Origin: a virus
Lineage: Duplodnaviria > Caudoviricetes
Direction: 5' to 3' (one strand)
DNA length: 64,000 nucleotides
Virus record (IMG/VR): IMGVR_UViG_3300017791_000021
Span: 32,001 to 96,000 of that record
Under the pieces are notes generated by a model. The model did not search any database. It saw nothing but the letters and a program-made list of their open reading frames with translations, and was not told the origin of the DNA. Positions 1-7,873 of this stretch are shown one piece after another (within the stretch, counting starts at the first letter, position 1; each line of letters begins with the position of its first letter). The position numbers and the translations under genes are program-made.

Positions 1-213
1 AAAGCCAAGAGACATCCACTCAAGAATGTTGCGGTCTTCAAATGATGGGTGACGACGGAGGTGAATTTCTATGATATGACCAATACGCGGATCATTGTCT
101 GCGTTATCCGGGTCATAATCCGGAATTTCTTCGATCTTCTTACATGGCCAACAAATAAGCAAACCAGTCTTGTGTACTGACTTGTCCTTATATGGGTCAA
201 ACGTGTCTGTCAT
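1..213 (-). CDS. hypothetical protein, runs off the left edge (MTDTFDPYKDKSVHKTGLLICWPCKKIEE...)
   Basis: ATG at 213 with upstream AAGGA; frame open to position 1; CxxC motif. Confidence 0.65.
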   Translation of the reverse strand, partial: MTDTFDPYKDKSVHKTGLLICWPCKKIEEIPDYDPDNADNDPRIGHIIEIHLRRHPSFEDRNILEWMSLGF

Positions 214-262
214 CTAGTAGTCCTTTTGTATTTCGTCTGGTTCAACCATCTCATCTTAACAG

Positions 263-294
263 AAAAAGGCTCCCCAGTCTATCCTAGGGAGCCT
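263..294 (-). terminator. rho-independent terminator after rpf
   Basis: GGCTCCC/GGGAGCC stem followed by TTTTT on the minus strand. Confidence 0.8.
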
Positions 295-299
295 CCTTC

Positions 300-902
300 T
301 TAGTAGTTCACAGTGATAGTAAGAACTTCACCAGGAAAGATCAAGTTGGGATTATTCCCAATGACCTTCTTGTTTGTCTTGTATATCTTGTGCCAGTCTA
401 CATTGAAGTACCAACCAATGAAGGACAGTGTGTCGCCTTCCTTTATGCGGTAGGTGAACGTGGTGTGCACGTTATTCTTCGGGGCGCTCTGAGTGGTCTC
501 AGGAGCCTTGTAAGTCTTCTCAGGTGCCTTATGTACGGAGGAGCGACGTTCGGCGCTTCTAGACCCCGTAGAGTCGCTTGGTGAGCTATTCCCACTGCGG
601 AAGCAGTTAGGCCAAGCTCCAGGGCCTTGCGAATTCAGGACTTTCTCAGCAATTGCAACCTGCTGAGAGGGTGTAGCGTTGTAAGCGTGCTGAGCATACT
701 TACCTCCGCCATAGGATAGCCATGTGGAATTGAGGAACTGTAGTCCCCCTTCAAACATTCCGGCCGTATCATGCCAATTACCACTGGATTCACACTGAGC
801 TATAGCGTTCCAGTCAGCAGAGCTTGCGTTAGCTGTAGTAGCAATACTCGCCAGACCAGCCGCGATTGCGGTAGTGGCAACAATCTTTTGTGTCTTGTTC
901 AT
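300..902 (-). CDS. rpf: resuscitation-promoting factor (Rpf transglycosylase) with C-terminal LysM and Sec signal peptide
   Basis: WNAIAQCESSGNW...GGLQF...TW...GG...A..ATPSQQVAIAEKVL..QGPGAWPNC is the Rpf core with catalytic Glu; YRIKEGDTLSFIG...NPNLIFPGEVL is LysM; signal peptide ends ANA. Confidence 0.93.
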   Translation of the reverse strand: MNKTQKIVATTAIAAGLASIATTANASSADWNAIAQCESSGNWHDTAGMFEGGLQFLNSTWLSYGGGKYAQHAYNATPSQQVAIAEKVLNSQGPGAWPNCFRSGNSSPSDSTGSRSAERRSSVHKAPEKTYKAPETTQSAPKNNVHTTFTYRIKEGDTLSFIGWYFNVDWHKIYKTNKKVIGNNPNLIFPGEVLTITVNY

Positions 903-1391
903 TTACTTAACCCTTCCAAAGGAGATGCTTGCGTGAGATTCCCAGTACTTCGAGTAAATAACTTCCTTGCGGACCTTAGCACCGGAATAGGGGGCAGCTA
1001 TCATTGTGGAATGGTGATTGATAACGCCGATGTAGATACCAACATGGTAAACATGATGAGTACCCTTATAGGAGAAAAATACTAGATCTCCAGGCTTACG
1101 ATTCTTCCAAGCGATATGCGTTGTAGTGTTGTACTGCTGTTGAGCGGTGCGGGAGATCTTCTTTCCCGCTTTCTTGTAGGAATACTGCGTAAGACCAGAA
1201 CAATCGAAACTGTTCGGTCCTGTAGCACCAGAATGGTAAGGATCACCAATCTTGGACTTAGCCACCTTAACAGCGGCTGGTGCGTAGTTTACTGCTGCGG
1301 AAGCATCAGGTGCAAGTGCTAGACCTGAGCCAACCAGCGAAGCAATCATGGTGCTGGTAACAACTGCACGCTTTCCTATACTACTGGACAT
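903..1391 (-). CDS. secreted NlpC/P60 peptidoglycan endopeptidase (RipA-like catalytic domain)
   Basis: GDPY..GATGPNSFDCSGLTQY, PGDLVFF, HVGIY motifs; start moved to ATG 1391, giving a signal peptide ending ASA. Confidence 0.9.
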   Translation of the reverse strand: MSSSIGKRAVVTSTMIASLVGSGLALAPDASAAVNYAPAAVKVAKSKIGDPYHSGATGPNSFDCSGLTQYSYKKAGKKISRTAQQQYNTTTHIAWKNRKPGDLVFFSYKGTHHVYHVGIYIGVINHHSTMIAAPYSGAKVRKEVIYSKYWESHASISFGRVK

Positions 1392-1464
1392 GGATAGTCC
1401 AATCTCTAGACAATAAGGACGGTTCTTACAAATCAAATGTCTTTGTTCTGTAACAACTGACCTA

Positions 1465-1494
1465 AGACTACAGCCCCTGACCGACATCTGTCAA
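1465..1494 (-). promoter_or_regulatory. sigma70/HrdB-type promoter for the nlpC-rpf operon, inside an 11-bp inverted repeat (1470-1480/1496-1506)
   Basis: TTGACA-18-TAGTCT on the minus strand. Confidence 0.75.
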
Positions 1495-1526
1495 CTCAGG
1501 GGCTGTGGTGCAATGTTAGGAAAGTA

Positions 1527-1811
1527 CTACCAAGTCTGTCCTAGAACGCCATCATCTTCAAGTCTTTCCAGCTTGTTCTTGTAGAAATCAGGGGTTGTGA
1601 CAGTCTGTAGACGCGCTGGTACACGCATTTCACGCGCCATACCAACACCGTAGTACGGAAGACTCAGTTGCTCACGTGCATCATAGGTCAAGTTCTGAAT
1701 CTTGTCATCTGTGTCTGCGCACTCTACATTGGGGCGGATCTTCTTGTAAAGTCCGTCAGTTGCTCCCTCATTAAGGGATGCATTCATTGATCTTAGTCGT
1801 GGATAAGCCAT
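1527..1811 (-). CDS. hypothetical protein
   Basis: 94 aa, start directly abuts the upstream stop. Confidence 0.75.
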   Translation of the reverse strand: MAYPRLRSMNASLNEGATDGLYKKIRPNVECADTDDKIQNLTYDAREQLSLPYYGVGMAREMRVPARLQTVTTPDFYKNKLERLEDDGVLGQTW

Positions 1812-2000
1812 TTACTGAGCCTTTCTAGGTCTGCCTGCCTTGCCCTTGGCTACCTTTACAGGCTTTACAGCCTTATAGGTTGCAGCAGACGCGGCTGTAA
1901 CTTTCTTCGGATTCTTCGCTGAGCCAACAGTTCTCTTGTCTGTGGCACGTCTCGGAGCAGCTACTTTCTTTGCTGCTGCCTTCTTGATTGGTTCTGCCAT
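1812..2000 (-). CDS. small Lys/Ala-rich histone-H1-like protein with C-terminal AT-hook
   Basis: KKAAAKKVAA repeats and terminal GRPRK; AGGAG SD. Confidence 0.7.
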   Translation of the reverse strand: MAEPIKKAAAKKVAAPRRATDKRTVGSAKNPKKVTAASAATYKAVKPVKVAKGKAGRPRKAQ

Positions 2001-2011
2001 TTGTACTCCTA

Positions 2012-2341
2012 TTAAGGAAGAGAAGGATTCTGGGGATAACTTGTACCACCATAGCCAGACTCTGTTCCAGAGAAGTCACCAAAGTTGGAAGAGAAGGAGT
2101 CATCTACAACAAGAATATCGGCAATTCCTGGTGGATAGCTTCTATAACCAAATCGATTGGGAATCTTTCCGATATTAGGAATTGGCGGTCTTCTATTTGC
2201 AGCCTCAGCGGTAGCATTATCTAATAACTGTTGCTGGACAAGTTGTTCCTGCATGGACTGGAAAGGGCGAGTCCAGTTATATATTGAGTTATTGCCCTGT
2301 TCGCGCTTATCAGGATTGTAATTGGTATTCTGCTTTTCCAT
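2012..2341 (-). CDS. hypothetical protein
   Basis: likely start MEKQ at 2341, TAATG overlap with upstream stop. Confidence 0.7.
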   Translation of the reverse strand: MEKQNTNYNPDKREQGNNSIYNWTRPFQSMQEQLVQQQLLDNATAEAANRRPPIPNIGKIPNRFGYRSYPPGIADILVVDDSFSSNFGDFSGTESGYGGTSYPQNPSLP

Positions 2342-2904
2342 TAGAGACTCATCCCACTTCCTGTTTGACTCCAACCAGGTAGATTGTACTTTGAGTGGAA
2401 GGCTCTTACGTTAGGGGACACTACCTTCATTTGTGGATCGAAAGCAATATTCAGTTCCTGTGCGAATTGCTTTGCTTCCTCATTAGTAATGTACTTACCA
2501 CCATGAGCTAGTCTTTCCGCTGGATTACCTTGAGCAGCATATCTATGCTTATCTCCTGCCATGCGTCTCTCCAGAGAAGAGTAAGGAGTCAAATCATCCG
2601 GCCAGAAGTAATCTGTTGGTGAGATTCGTGATCCTTTGTGCACCCCTCTGGTATAGCTACGGGCATTATTTCGTACGGTTTGTAGAAGCTTATCCTGACG
2701 TCTATCAACGACAGAGCCTAGATAACCATCAGGATATTGTGCCTCTGGAGTCTTGCCTGTAGCTGCGGCTAGTCTAGCATCAAGGATAGAGCGGAAGCCA
2801 GAGATAGGCATTCCTCCGCCACCACCATACTGTGTGACAGAGCCTTGCTGTCCTACAGGTGGATTGTAACTGACGTTATTCATACCTGCAACTGAACTAG
2901 GCAT
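2341..2904 (-). CDS. hypothetical protein (YPDGYLG...RSYTRGVHKG)
   Basis: 187-aa ORF with GAGGA SD. Confidence 0.75.
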   Translation of the reverse strand: MPSSVAGMNNVSYNPPVGQQGSVTQYGGGGGMPISGFRSILDARLAAATGKTPEAQYPDGYLGSVVDRRQDKLLQTVRNNARSYTRGVHKGSRISPTDYFWPDDLTPYSSLERRMAGDKHRYAAQGNPAERLAHGGKYITNEEAKQFAQELNIAFDPQMKVVSPNVRAFHSKYNLPGWSQTGSGMSL

Positions 2905-2911
2905 AATTCCT

Positions 2912-3292
2912 CTATTCTATATCGGCTGTATTTACAGCCAAGTGTTCCGCGATTCGTTCTTGAATGGCCAACGTGCGCTTATCGGTCTTCAAGTCCTCCT
3001 CTGCTCTTGCGCGGTCGTGCTCGCTCTGTCTATTTTGACTCATTAGAATCAATGGCGCACTATAAAATGCGAACGCACTGAACGCTAGGTTCAAGAATAC
3101 AAATGGAAATGGATCATAACGCATTCCATGTGGAGCCAGTGTATTCCACAATATCCAACCTAGGACTACGATAGTAGCCCACGCAATGAAAGATAACTTG
3201 CCAATGGCATCAGTCATAGCATCAGGTAATTTATCTACCCAGGATTCTTTCTCGAATCTAGCAATATTCGCGGGGTGCTGATTTAGTGTCAT
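2912..3292 (-). CDS. DUF1003-type membrane protein
   Basis: WILWN...YDPFPFVFLNL...APLILMSQNRQ..DR signature, two TM helices. Confidence 0.8.
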   Translation of the reverse strand: MTLNQHPANIARFEKESWVDKLPDAMTDAIGKLSFIAWATIVVLGWILWNTLAPHGMRYDPFPFVFLNLAFSAFAFYSAPLILMSQNRQSEHDRARAEEDLKTDKRTLAIQERIAEHLAVNTADIE

Positions 3293-3307
3293 TGGCTATT
3301 GCCTTTC

Positions 3308-3628
3308 TTACATAGCGCGACCGTACTTAGCCTTTGCGCGGAATGAATCTGTCCAGGAACTACGAGAAGGCATCATCAGAACTCTCTTGCACATCTCTCC
3401 AGCCTCAGCGGCGTTCTGAGCGTACAGAGTTGCTGTCGGATGCAGGGAGGCACCCATCTTCTCAAAAGAGGCTCTACGGTGTCCTGTAGGCCCTTGTAGG
3501 GCGTTCCCGCCCTTGCCTGCTCCACCCTTAGGGCGTAGTCTTCCACGCTCTGGTCTTCCGGTGCGGGCAAGCATAGCTGCTTCAGTCCCCATTGTTGGGC
3601 GACTTCCTGTGCCAATTTCTTCGGCCAT
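3308..3628 (-). CDS. basic hypothetical protein
   Basis: 106 aa, AGGAG SD. Confidence 0.7.
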   Translation of the reverse strand: MAEEIGTGSRPTMGTEAAMLARTGRPERGRLRPKGGAGKGGNALQGPTGHRRASFEKMGASLHPTATLYAQNAAEAGEMCKRVLMMPSRSSWTDSFRAKAKYGRAM

Positions 3629-3640
3629 TGTTTCTCCTAA

Positions 3641-3865
3641 TTAAGAACGGTAATAACTCAGGGCGCGGTTTTGCTGATAAGTGGTGGAACTCATTCCATT
3701 AGTTGTAGAACCTAATGGTGATAGTACCGAAGAAGGTGAATAACTCTGGGGTGCCATTTGCTGGACTGTATGAGTAGTGCCCTGTCCTACAAGCCCAGTG
3801 GCTCCAGAGGAGAATTCAGCGGTACGTGATTGTGGAAAACTGTTATCCACTGGCTGTGCTGGCAT
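3641..3865 (-). CDS. hypothetical Ser/Thr/Gln-rich protein
   Basis: 74 aa, GGGAG SD. Confidence 0.65.
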   Translation of the reverse strand: MPAQPVDNSFPQSRTAEFSSGATGLVGQGTTHTVQQMAPQSYSPSSVLSPLGSTTNGMSSTTYQQNRALSYYRS

Positions 3866-3882
3866 TCGGGACTCTCCCCTGT

Positions 3883-4164
3883 TTAAGAAATGATTAGCTT
3901 AAAGATGAGAGCGCTTATCTCTCCGTCGTCCATAACCACAGTTGCAAAACCGGGACGGCAGGACAACACATACCCTCTAGGACCAACATAGGATTGAGCA
4001 ATAGCGACAGCCTTCATCGACTGGTTAACTGCTGCTGCTCCGATAGCACGAAGAGTAATATCCTTATTGGCATAGACATTGTTAGCAATCGCTGCTGCGA
4101 GGGATGATGCGGAAGAGGCGGACTTCACTTTCAGAAGAACCTCATTGGGGTTCAGGTTATCTAC
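3883..4164 (-). CDS. spoVS: SpoVS-family protein (Alba-like fold)
   Basis: LKVKSASS...LAAAIA...LRAIGAAAVNQSMKAVAIA...LSCRPGF matches SpoVS; probable start ATG about 4167 after GGAGAA (start approximate). Confidence 0.85.
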   Translation of the reverse strand, partial: VDNLNPNEVLLKVKSASSASSLAAAIANNVYANKDITLRAIGAAAVNQSMKAVAIAQSYVGPRGYVLSCRPGFATVVMDDGEISALIFKLIIS

Positions 4165-4214
4165 CATATTTTTCTCCAAGTTTATAGTACATGTCTCCTA
4201 CTGATTATACAGAT

Positions 4215-4255
4215 AAAAAAGAGACCTATACCCGATATACAGGTATAGGTCTCTT
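4215..4255 (-). terminator. rho-independent terminator after ruvC
   Basis: 14-bp perfect inverted repeat AAGAGACCTATACC plus T-tract. Confidence 0.85.
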
Positions 4256-4282
4256 AGAAGGGAGATAGCAAAGGAGGAGTTG

Positions 4283-4777
4283 CTAACTAGATTGTATCAT
4301 GAGTGCGATGCCATAGGCATCTGCTAGGTTGTCGTTGGTTATTTCGGGATCGAATTGCTGGATTGCGGCAACCATATCTTCCTTAGAAGCCTTGCCAGAG
4401 CCTCCGATGAACTGCTTGAGAGCTGTTGGCTGGACTGTCTGAGGATTCTGGTCAAAGACAAGCTTTGAGACAAGCTTGACAATTCCTCCGAGTTCTCCAA
4501 GCTTTTCCCGATTGAGCTTGGCTCCATATGCATATCCCTCCATTCCTATATGGATTGTAGCTCCCGATCCTTGATGAATAGCGAAGTACATCAGTAAATC
4601 ATCGTAGATATTAACTAATCGGTCTGCTTCGTCCTTGAATTTATTCAAAGGGTATTTCAATAAGCTTTTCTGGTGGCAATGGCCACTCTCGTCTAACACA
4701 ACAAGCCCGAACCCTGTATAGGACTGATCGATTCCTATAAACAGGGATTCGGGCTTGCGTGGTTCTAAATCACTCAC
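4283..4777 (-). CDS. ruvC: RuvC-like Holliday junction resolvase
   Basis: IGIDQSYTGFG, MEGYAYG, LKQFIGGSGKASK, DNLADAYGIA. Confidence 0.88.
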   Translation of the reverse strand: MSDLEPRKPESLFIGIDQSYTGFGLVVLDESGHCHQKSLLKYPLNKFKDEADRLVNIYDDLLMYFAIHQGSGATIHIGMEGYAYGAKLNREKLGELGGIVKLVSKLVFDQNPQTVQPTALKQFIGGSGKASKEDMVAAIQQFDPEITNDNLADAYGIALMIQSS

Positions 4778-5039
4778 CTATTACTGTCCTGTCGTATGTT
4801 CTGTAGCCATTCTTTGTCTTATGGACTTCATCCGCTATCTCAGCCCAGATGTGCATCACGCGAGGCTCACCGAGTGGACGAGAGTACACAGAGGGAGCGG
4901 GACCATCAGGCATCGAATCCCAATATTCCTTAATGTACTCGTCTCTGTCAGCAGAAGTCTCATGAATGGAATATCCGTCAAAGCTGGTTCCCCAGCCTGC
5001 CTCAGATTCTACCCATTCCTGTACCACCATTGTTGGCAT
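4770..5039 (-). CDS. hypothetical protein
   Basis: likely start MPTMVVQEW at 5039 after GAAGG. Confidence 0.65.
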   Translation of the reverse strand: MPTMVVQEWVESEAGWGTSFDGYSIHETSADRDEYIKEYWDSMPDGPAPSVYSRPLGEPRVMHIWAEIADEVHKTKNGYRTYDRTVIGE

Positions 5040-5137
5040 TACTTGCCTTCCTTCCAACATGTGGTGTAGTCCCAGCAATGGGGACAGTATTTCAGTCCCC
5101 GTCGCTTCCGAATCCACCATCGTAGTTTATTGATCAC
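5039..5137 (-). CDS. 32-aa Cys/Trp-rich micro-protein (MINKLRWWIRKRRGLKYCPHCWDYTTCWKEGK)
   Basis: GTGA and TAATG overlaps with both neighbours; below ORF-track cutoff. Confidence 0.5.
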   Translation of the reverse strand: MINKLRWWIRKRRGLKYCPHCWDYTTCWKEGK

Positions 5138-5226
5138 TTGGTCTTGTTCCAGAAATCCCAGCATATCTTAGAGCAATACGGAAACCACTTAGGAGTAGCT
5201 TCAGCAGCTCCACACTTACACAGCAT
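5134..5226 (-). CDS. 30-aa Cys-rich micro-protein (MLCKCGAAEATPKWFPYCSKICWDFWNKTK)
   Basis: GGAG SD, CxC...CxxxC, fills gap between genes. Confidence 0.5.
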   Translation of the reverse strand: MLCKCGAAEATPKWFPYCSKICWDFWNKTK

Positions 5227-5473
5227 CGTACTCCAGTAGAGTCGGAAGGAATCCCAGGGGATCACCTTCAATGTAAAGGCCCTGATAGTTCTTCTCACCC
5301 TCAAGAACGTAGCGAATCTCAAAGGTCATTCCAGTACCACCATAACCGCAAGTATCACAGCCATCGTTGTACGGACCCTCTGTGTCACCAAAGTGAGCCT
5401 TAGTAGCTATGATGTTCCTCTCATCAGCCAGATAGGCGATAAGCATCTTCTCAATACGGTCAAAAACGTCCAT
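5216..5473 (-). CDS. hypothetical protein with CxxC
   Basis: 85 aa, TAATG coupling. Confidence 0.7.
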   Translation of the reverse strand: MDVFDRIEKMLIAYLADERNIIATKAHFGDTEGPYNDGCDTCGYGGTGMTFEIRYVLEGEKNYQGLYIEGDPLGFLPTLLEYDAV

Positions 5474-5862
5474 TAGCCCCTCACTTCTATGATTCGGTCC
5501 TTGAGTCCGGCACGAACAGCCATATCATATGTCATCTGAGTTCCACGGTTTCCCGCGCCCTCTAGGAAACACGCTACCACGTAATCAGGGTTTAGGTCAA
5601 TCATCTCCTGATTCCTCTTGGCATATGCCCAACCCTGCTGCTTCAATGGCGGATGCGGAATAACCTCCCAATCGGCTCCAGTAGCCCAGGAAGCCCCTAT
5701 AAGGTCCGCTCCGCCGTACGGACACTCTCCATGGTGCAATTCCATCGGAGACCAGTGCCAGTCGTTCTCATGGGCCTTCTCTAGCTTCCTGAGGGCATCC
5801 CAGATGAGATGAGCCTTAGCCATCGGCCAATCTCGGGAACCAGTGATCACTACAACGGTCAA
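5473..5862 (-). CDS. SLOG-superfamily (DUF2493/YspA-like) protein
   Basis: VVITGSRDW, LHHGECPYGGAD, KRNQEM, GNRGTQMT..MA. Confidence 0.8.
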   Translation of the reverse strand: MTVVVITGSRDWPMAKAHLIWDALRKLEKAHENDWHWSPMELHHGECPYGGADLIGASWATGADWEVIPHPPLKQQGWAYAKRNQEMIDLNPDYVVACFLEGAGNRGTQMTYDMAVRAGLKDRIIEVRG

Positions 5863-5996
5863 AGTCTCATCTTTCTAATAGGCATATCACAACGAAGACA
5901 GCGCCAAAATCTTGGCTTAGTTACTTTCTTTTTATCGTCCTCAAATACCTGATCGTTCTTTTTACACTTAGGACATTCAGGTCTCGGATCGCTCAT
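5859..5996 (-). CDS. 45-aa zinc-ribbon micro-protein (MSDPRPECPKCKKND...RFWRCLRCDMPIRKMRL)
   Basis: two CxxC motifs; overlaps both neighbours. Confidence 0.6.
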   Translation of the reverse strand: MSDPRPECPKCKKNDQVFEDDKKKVTKPRFWRCLRCDMPIRKMRL

Positions 5997-6162
5997 TCTC
6001 TTCCATCTCCTTAACAGCGAGCTTACGAAGCCTTGCCATTTCTCCGATTTCGCCGATCATAATGGCTTCCTCCGGAGTCATCTTCATTGTAGTTCCAGAC
6101 TTGCTGTCAAGCCAGAATACGAATACATCATTATCGTGGTCCACATTTACAGAATGAAGCAT
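5977..6162 (-). CDS. hypothetical protein
   Basis: 61 aa, TAATG coupling. Confidence 0.65.
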   Translation of the reverse strand: MLHSVNVDHDNDVFVFWLDSKSGTTMKMTPEEAIMIGEIGEMARLRKLAVKEMEENERSET

Positions 6163-6263
6163 TACTTCATCTCCTTACAGTTATCGCAGTACCATCGACC
6201 TTCACGATTAACTGTTACTCGCTTAAGTCGCTTTCCACACTTTCCACAATTAGGTGCTGTCAT
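6162..6263 (-). CDS. 33-aa zinc-finger micro-protein (MTAPNCGKCGKRLKRVTVNREGRWYCDNCKEMK)
   Basis: AAGGAG SD, two CxxC motifs. Confidence 0.65.
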   Translation of the reverse strand: MTAPNCGKCGKRLKRVTVNREGRWYCDNCKEMK

Positions 6264-6276
6264 ACTAAACTCCTTA

Positions 6277-6318
6277 AACTAAGAAGGGCTCCCATTGCTG
6301 AGAGCCCTTCAATCAGTT
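6277..6318 (-). promoter_or_regulatory. intergenic RNA hairpin (processing site or weak terminator)
   Basis: GAAGGGCTC/GAGCCCTTC stem plus outer AACTGA/TTAGTT pairing, ending at an SD. Confidence 0.6.
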
Positions 6319-6319
6319 A

Positions 6320-6526
6320 CTACCTAGCGTGCTTACCCGAACGAGATGCACCGTTGGTGGCGATGTCCGCCTTACCCTCTTCGGTGTTATTCCAACCGTT
6401 GTCGATGATCTCAACATCCTTAGCTATTCGCTCAGGACTAGGACCAGTCCCTGCGTTGTTCAGTGCTCGGATGACCGGATTTCCCTGAGTGGCAGTCACG
6501 TCACTCTTCTTGCCGTGCTTTGCCAT
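6320..6526 (-). CDS. hypothetical protein
   Basis: 68 aa, GAGGAG SD. Confidence 0.7.
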   Translation of the reverse strand: MAKHGKKSDVTATQGNPVIRALNNAGTGPSPERIAKDVEIIDNGWNNTEEGKADIATNGASRSGKHAR

Positions 6527-6567
6527 TTCAACGTTCTCCTCGTTGTCGGTGTTTGGTAGGTACTACC

Positions 6568-6774
6568 TTACACTGCCTGCCAGTCCCACGCAACCCTGCC
6601 GTTGGCCTGGATAATCTTCACGCGGCGCTGAGTGGGCTTGATCTTGCTACCAGTCTTCTTACGCTTCTTCGGAGGACCATTGTGGGTACCACCCGAATAG
6701 CGACCACGCTGCTTGGGGCAAGAGTACTTGTTCTTGATCCAGGTAACCGGACCAGCCTCAGTCTGAGTCTCCAT
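6568..6774 (-). CDS. basic hypothetical protein
   Basis: probable start METQ after GGGAG. Confidence 0.55.
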   Translation of the reverse strand: METQTEAGPVTWIKNKYSCPKQRGRYSGGTHNGPPKKRKKTGSKIKPTQRRVKIIQANGRVAWDWQAV

Positions 6775-7003
6775 TGTCGATCTCCCATTCTCCTTGGATG
6801 AATTCCCACATACCAACCACGAAATAGTCTCCGCTATTGTCGTCATTGGAATAGATGACCCAACTTTCAGTCATTGGGTCCTTAACAATTACCTCTTCAA
6901 TTCTGAATGATGGACCCTTCCGGCCAGAGAACCAATACATGGCTCTGAATCCCAGATGGGTCCACCACTCACCTACTTGTGGAAGCCTATCGGAGATTGC
7001 CAT
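6758..7003 (-). CDS. hypothetical protein
   Basis: 81 aa in a tightly packed run. Confidence 0.6.
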   Translation of the reverse strand: MAISDRLPQVGEWWTHLGFRAMYWFSGRKGPSFRIEEVIVKDPMTESWVIYSNDDNSGDYFVVGMWEFIQGEWEIDNGDSD

Positions 7004-7130
7004 CTTCGTCCAGCAAACGGTTCAACTTCAGCTTGTCATTCAGTGCTTGCTGTCCGCGCTTCTGTTCAGGAGTAAAGCCTGTAGGCTTCGGCTCCTCTAC
7101 CTTAGCGGGCTTGTCACGGCGTAGCTTCAT
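6987..7130 (-). CDS. 47-aa hypothetical protein (MKLRRDKPAKVEEPKP...)
   Basis: GGAGG SD, TAATG coupling. Confidence 0.6.
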   Translation of the reverse strand: MKLRRDKPAKVEEPKPTGFTPEQKRGQQALNDKLKLNRLLDEDGNLR

Positions 7131-7345
7131 TACCAAACCTCCGTTGTGAGTACCCAATGATCGTACTCGTCAATCTCGTCTTCGTCAATAGCTTCCATGA
7201 AGCGGTGTTGCAGCTCCTCAACATAGCGAGCGCCTACACCGTTTACCATGCGAAGCTCATTTCCCTCTTCGTCAGTAGAGAGAATAAGAGGAGTATCAGG
7301 TGGAAACTCCTTGAGCATTTCGATAAAGTCTCGTACAGTTACCAC
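7130..7345 (-). CDS. hypothetical protein
   Basis: 71 aa, TVRDFIEMLKEFP..DEEGN. Confidence 0.7.
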   Translation of the reverse strand: MVTVRDFIEMLKEFPPDTPLILSTDEEGNELRMVNGVGARYVEELQHRFMEAIDEDEIDEYDHWVLTTEVW

Positions 7346-7692
7346 CAGAGTTCCACCACGTAATTTCCCTCAGGAATGACTGCCATGTTACACAGCCATT
7401 GAAGAATGTGCTGGATTCCAGGGGAATCATACGAGTACGTACCATCTGGATCAAGATAGAAGGGACCTTCACCCATAATCCAACGGTTGAAGTCTTGATC
7501 GAGATCATCCTCAATCTCCTGTCCGACCCTAACCTCTGCACTCATGTAGCTGCCATTATGGTAGCCATCGTAACCAGTGTCAAGGGAACGCCAAGAGGCA
7601 CCGTAACCCTCAAGATGCATGTTCACGAACTTATCGAGATCGTGACAGTCAACTGCATAAGAAACCTTGTAGCGCAACTTCGGTTCAGACAT
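7339..7692 (-). CDS. acidic hypothetical protein
   Basis: 117 aa, GGAG SD. Confidence 0.7.
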   Translation of the reverse strand: MSEPKLRYKVSYAVDCHDLDKFVNMHLEGYGASWRSLDTGYDGYHNGSYMSAEVRVGQEIEDDLDQDFNRWIMGEGPFYLDPDGTYSYDSPGIQHILQWLCNMAVIPEGNYVVELWW

Positions 7693-7873
7693 TCAGTTTC
7701 TCCATTCTCGGCCAATAATAACCACAGGCACAAGTCTTACCAGAGTGACAGTTGCAGGAACAGTGTCCGTATTCTACACAGAACTCATTACCACAGTCCT
7801 CATAATCGCAGAATCCGAACACTACTCCATCTGTACATCTATCGCAGTTCTCGTGATTATGCGAACGGCTCAT
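7685..7873 (-). CDS. 62-aa Cys/His-rich protein (10 Cys)
   Basis: start MSRSHNHENC overlapping the thyX end. Confidence 0.55.
   Translation of the reverse strand: MSRSHNHENCDRCTDGVVFGFCDYEDCGNEFCVEYGHCSCNCHSGKTCACGYYWPRMEKLNV

Noticed and set aside
1392-1526. c-di-AMP (ydaO) riboswitch upstream of the Rpf operon, and the longer 1487 start
   Set aside because: The leader is short and lacks the conserved motifs; the N-terminal extension runs through the promoter and displaces the signal peptide
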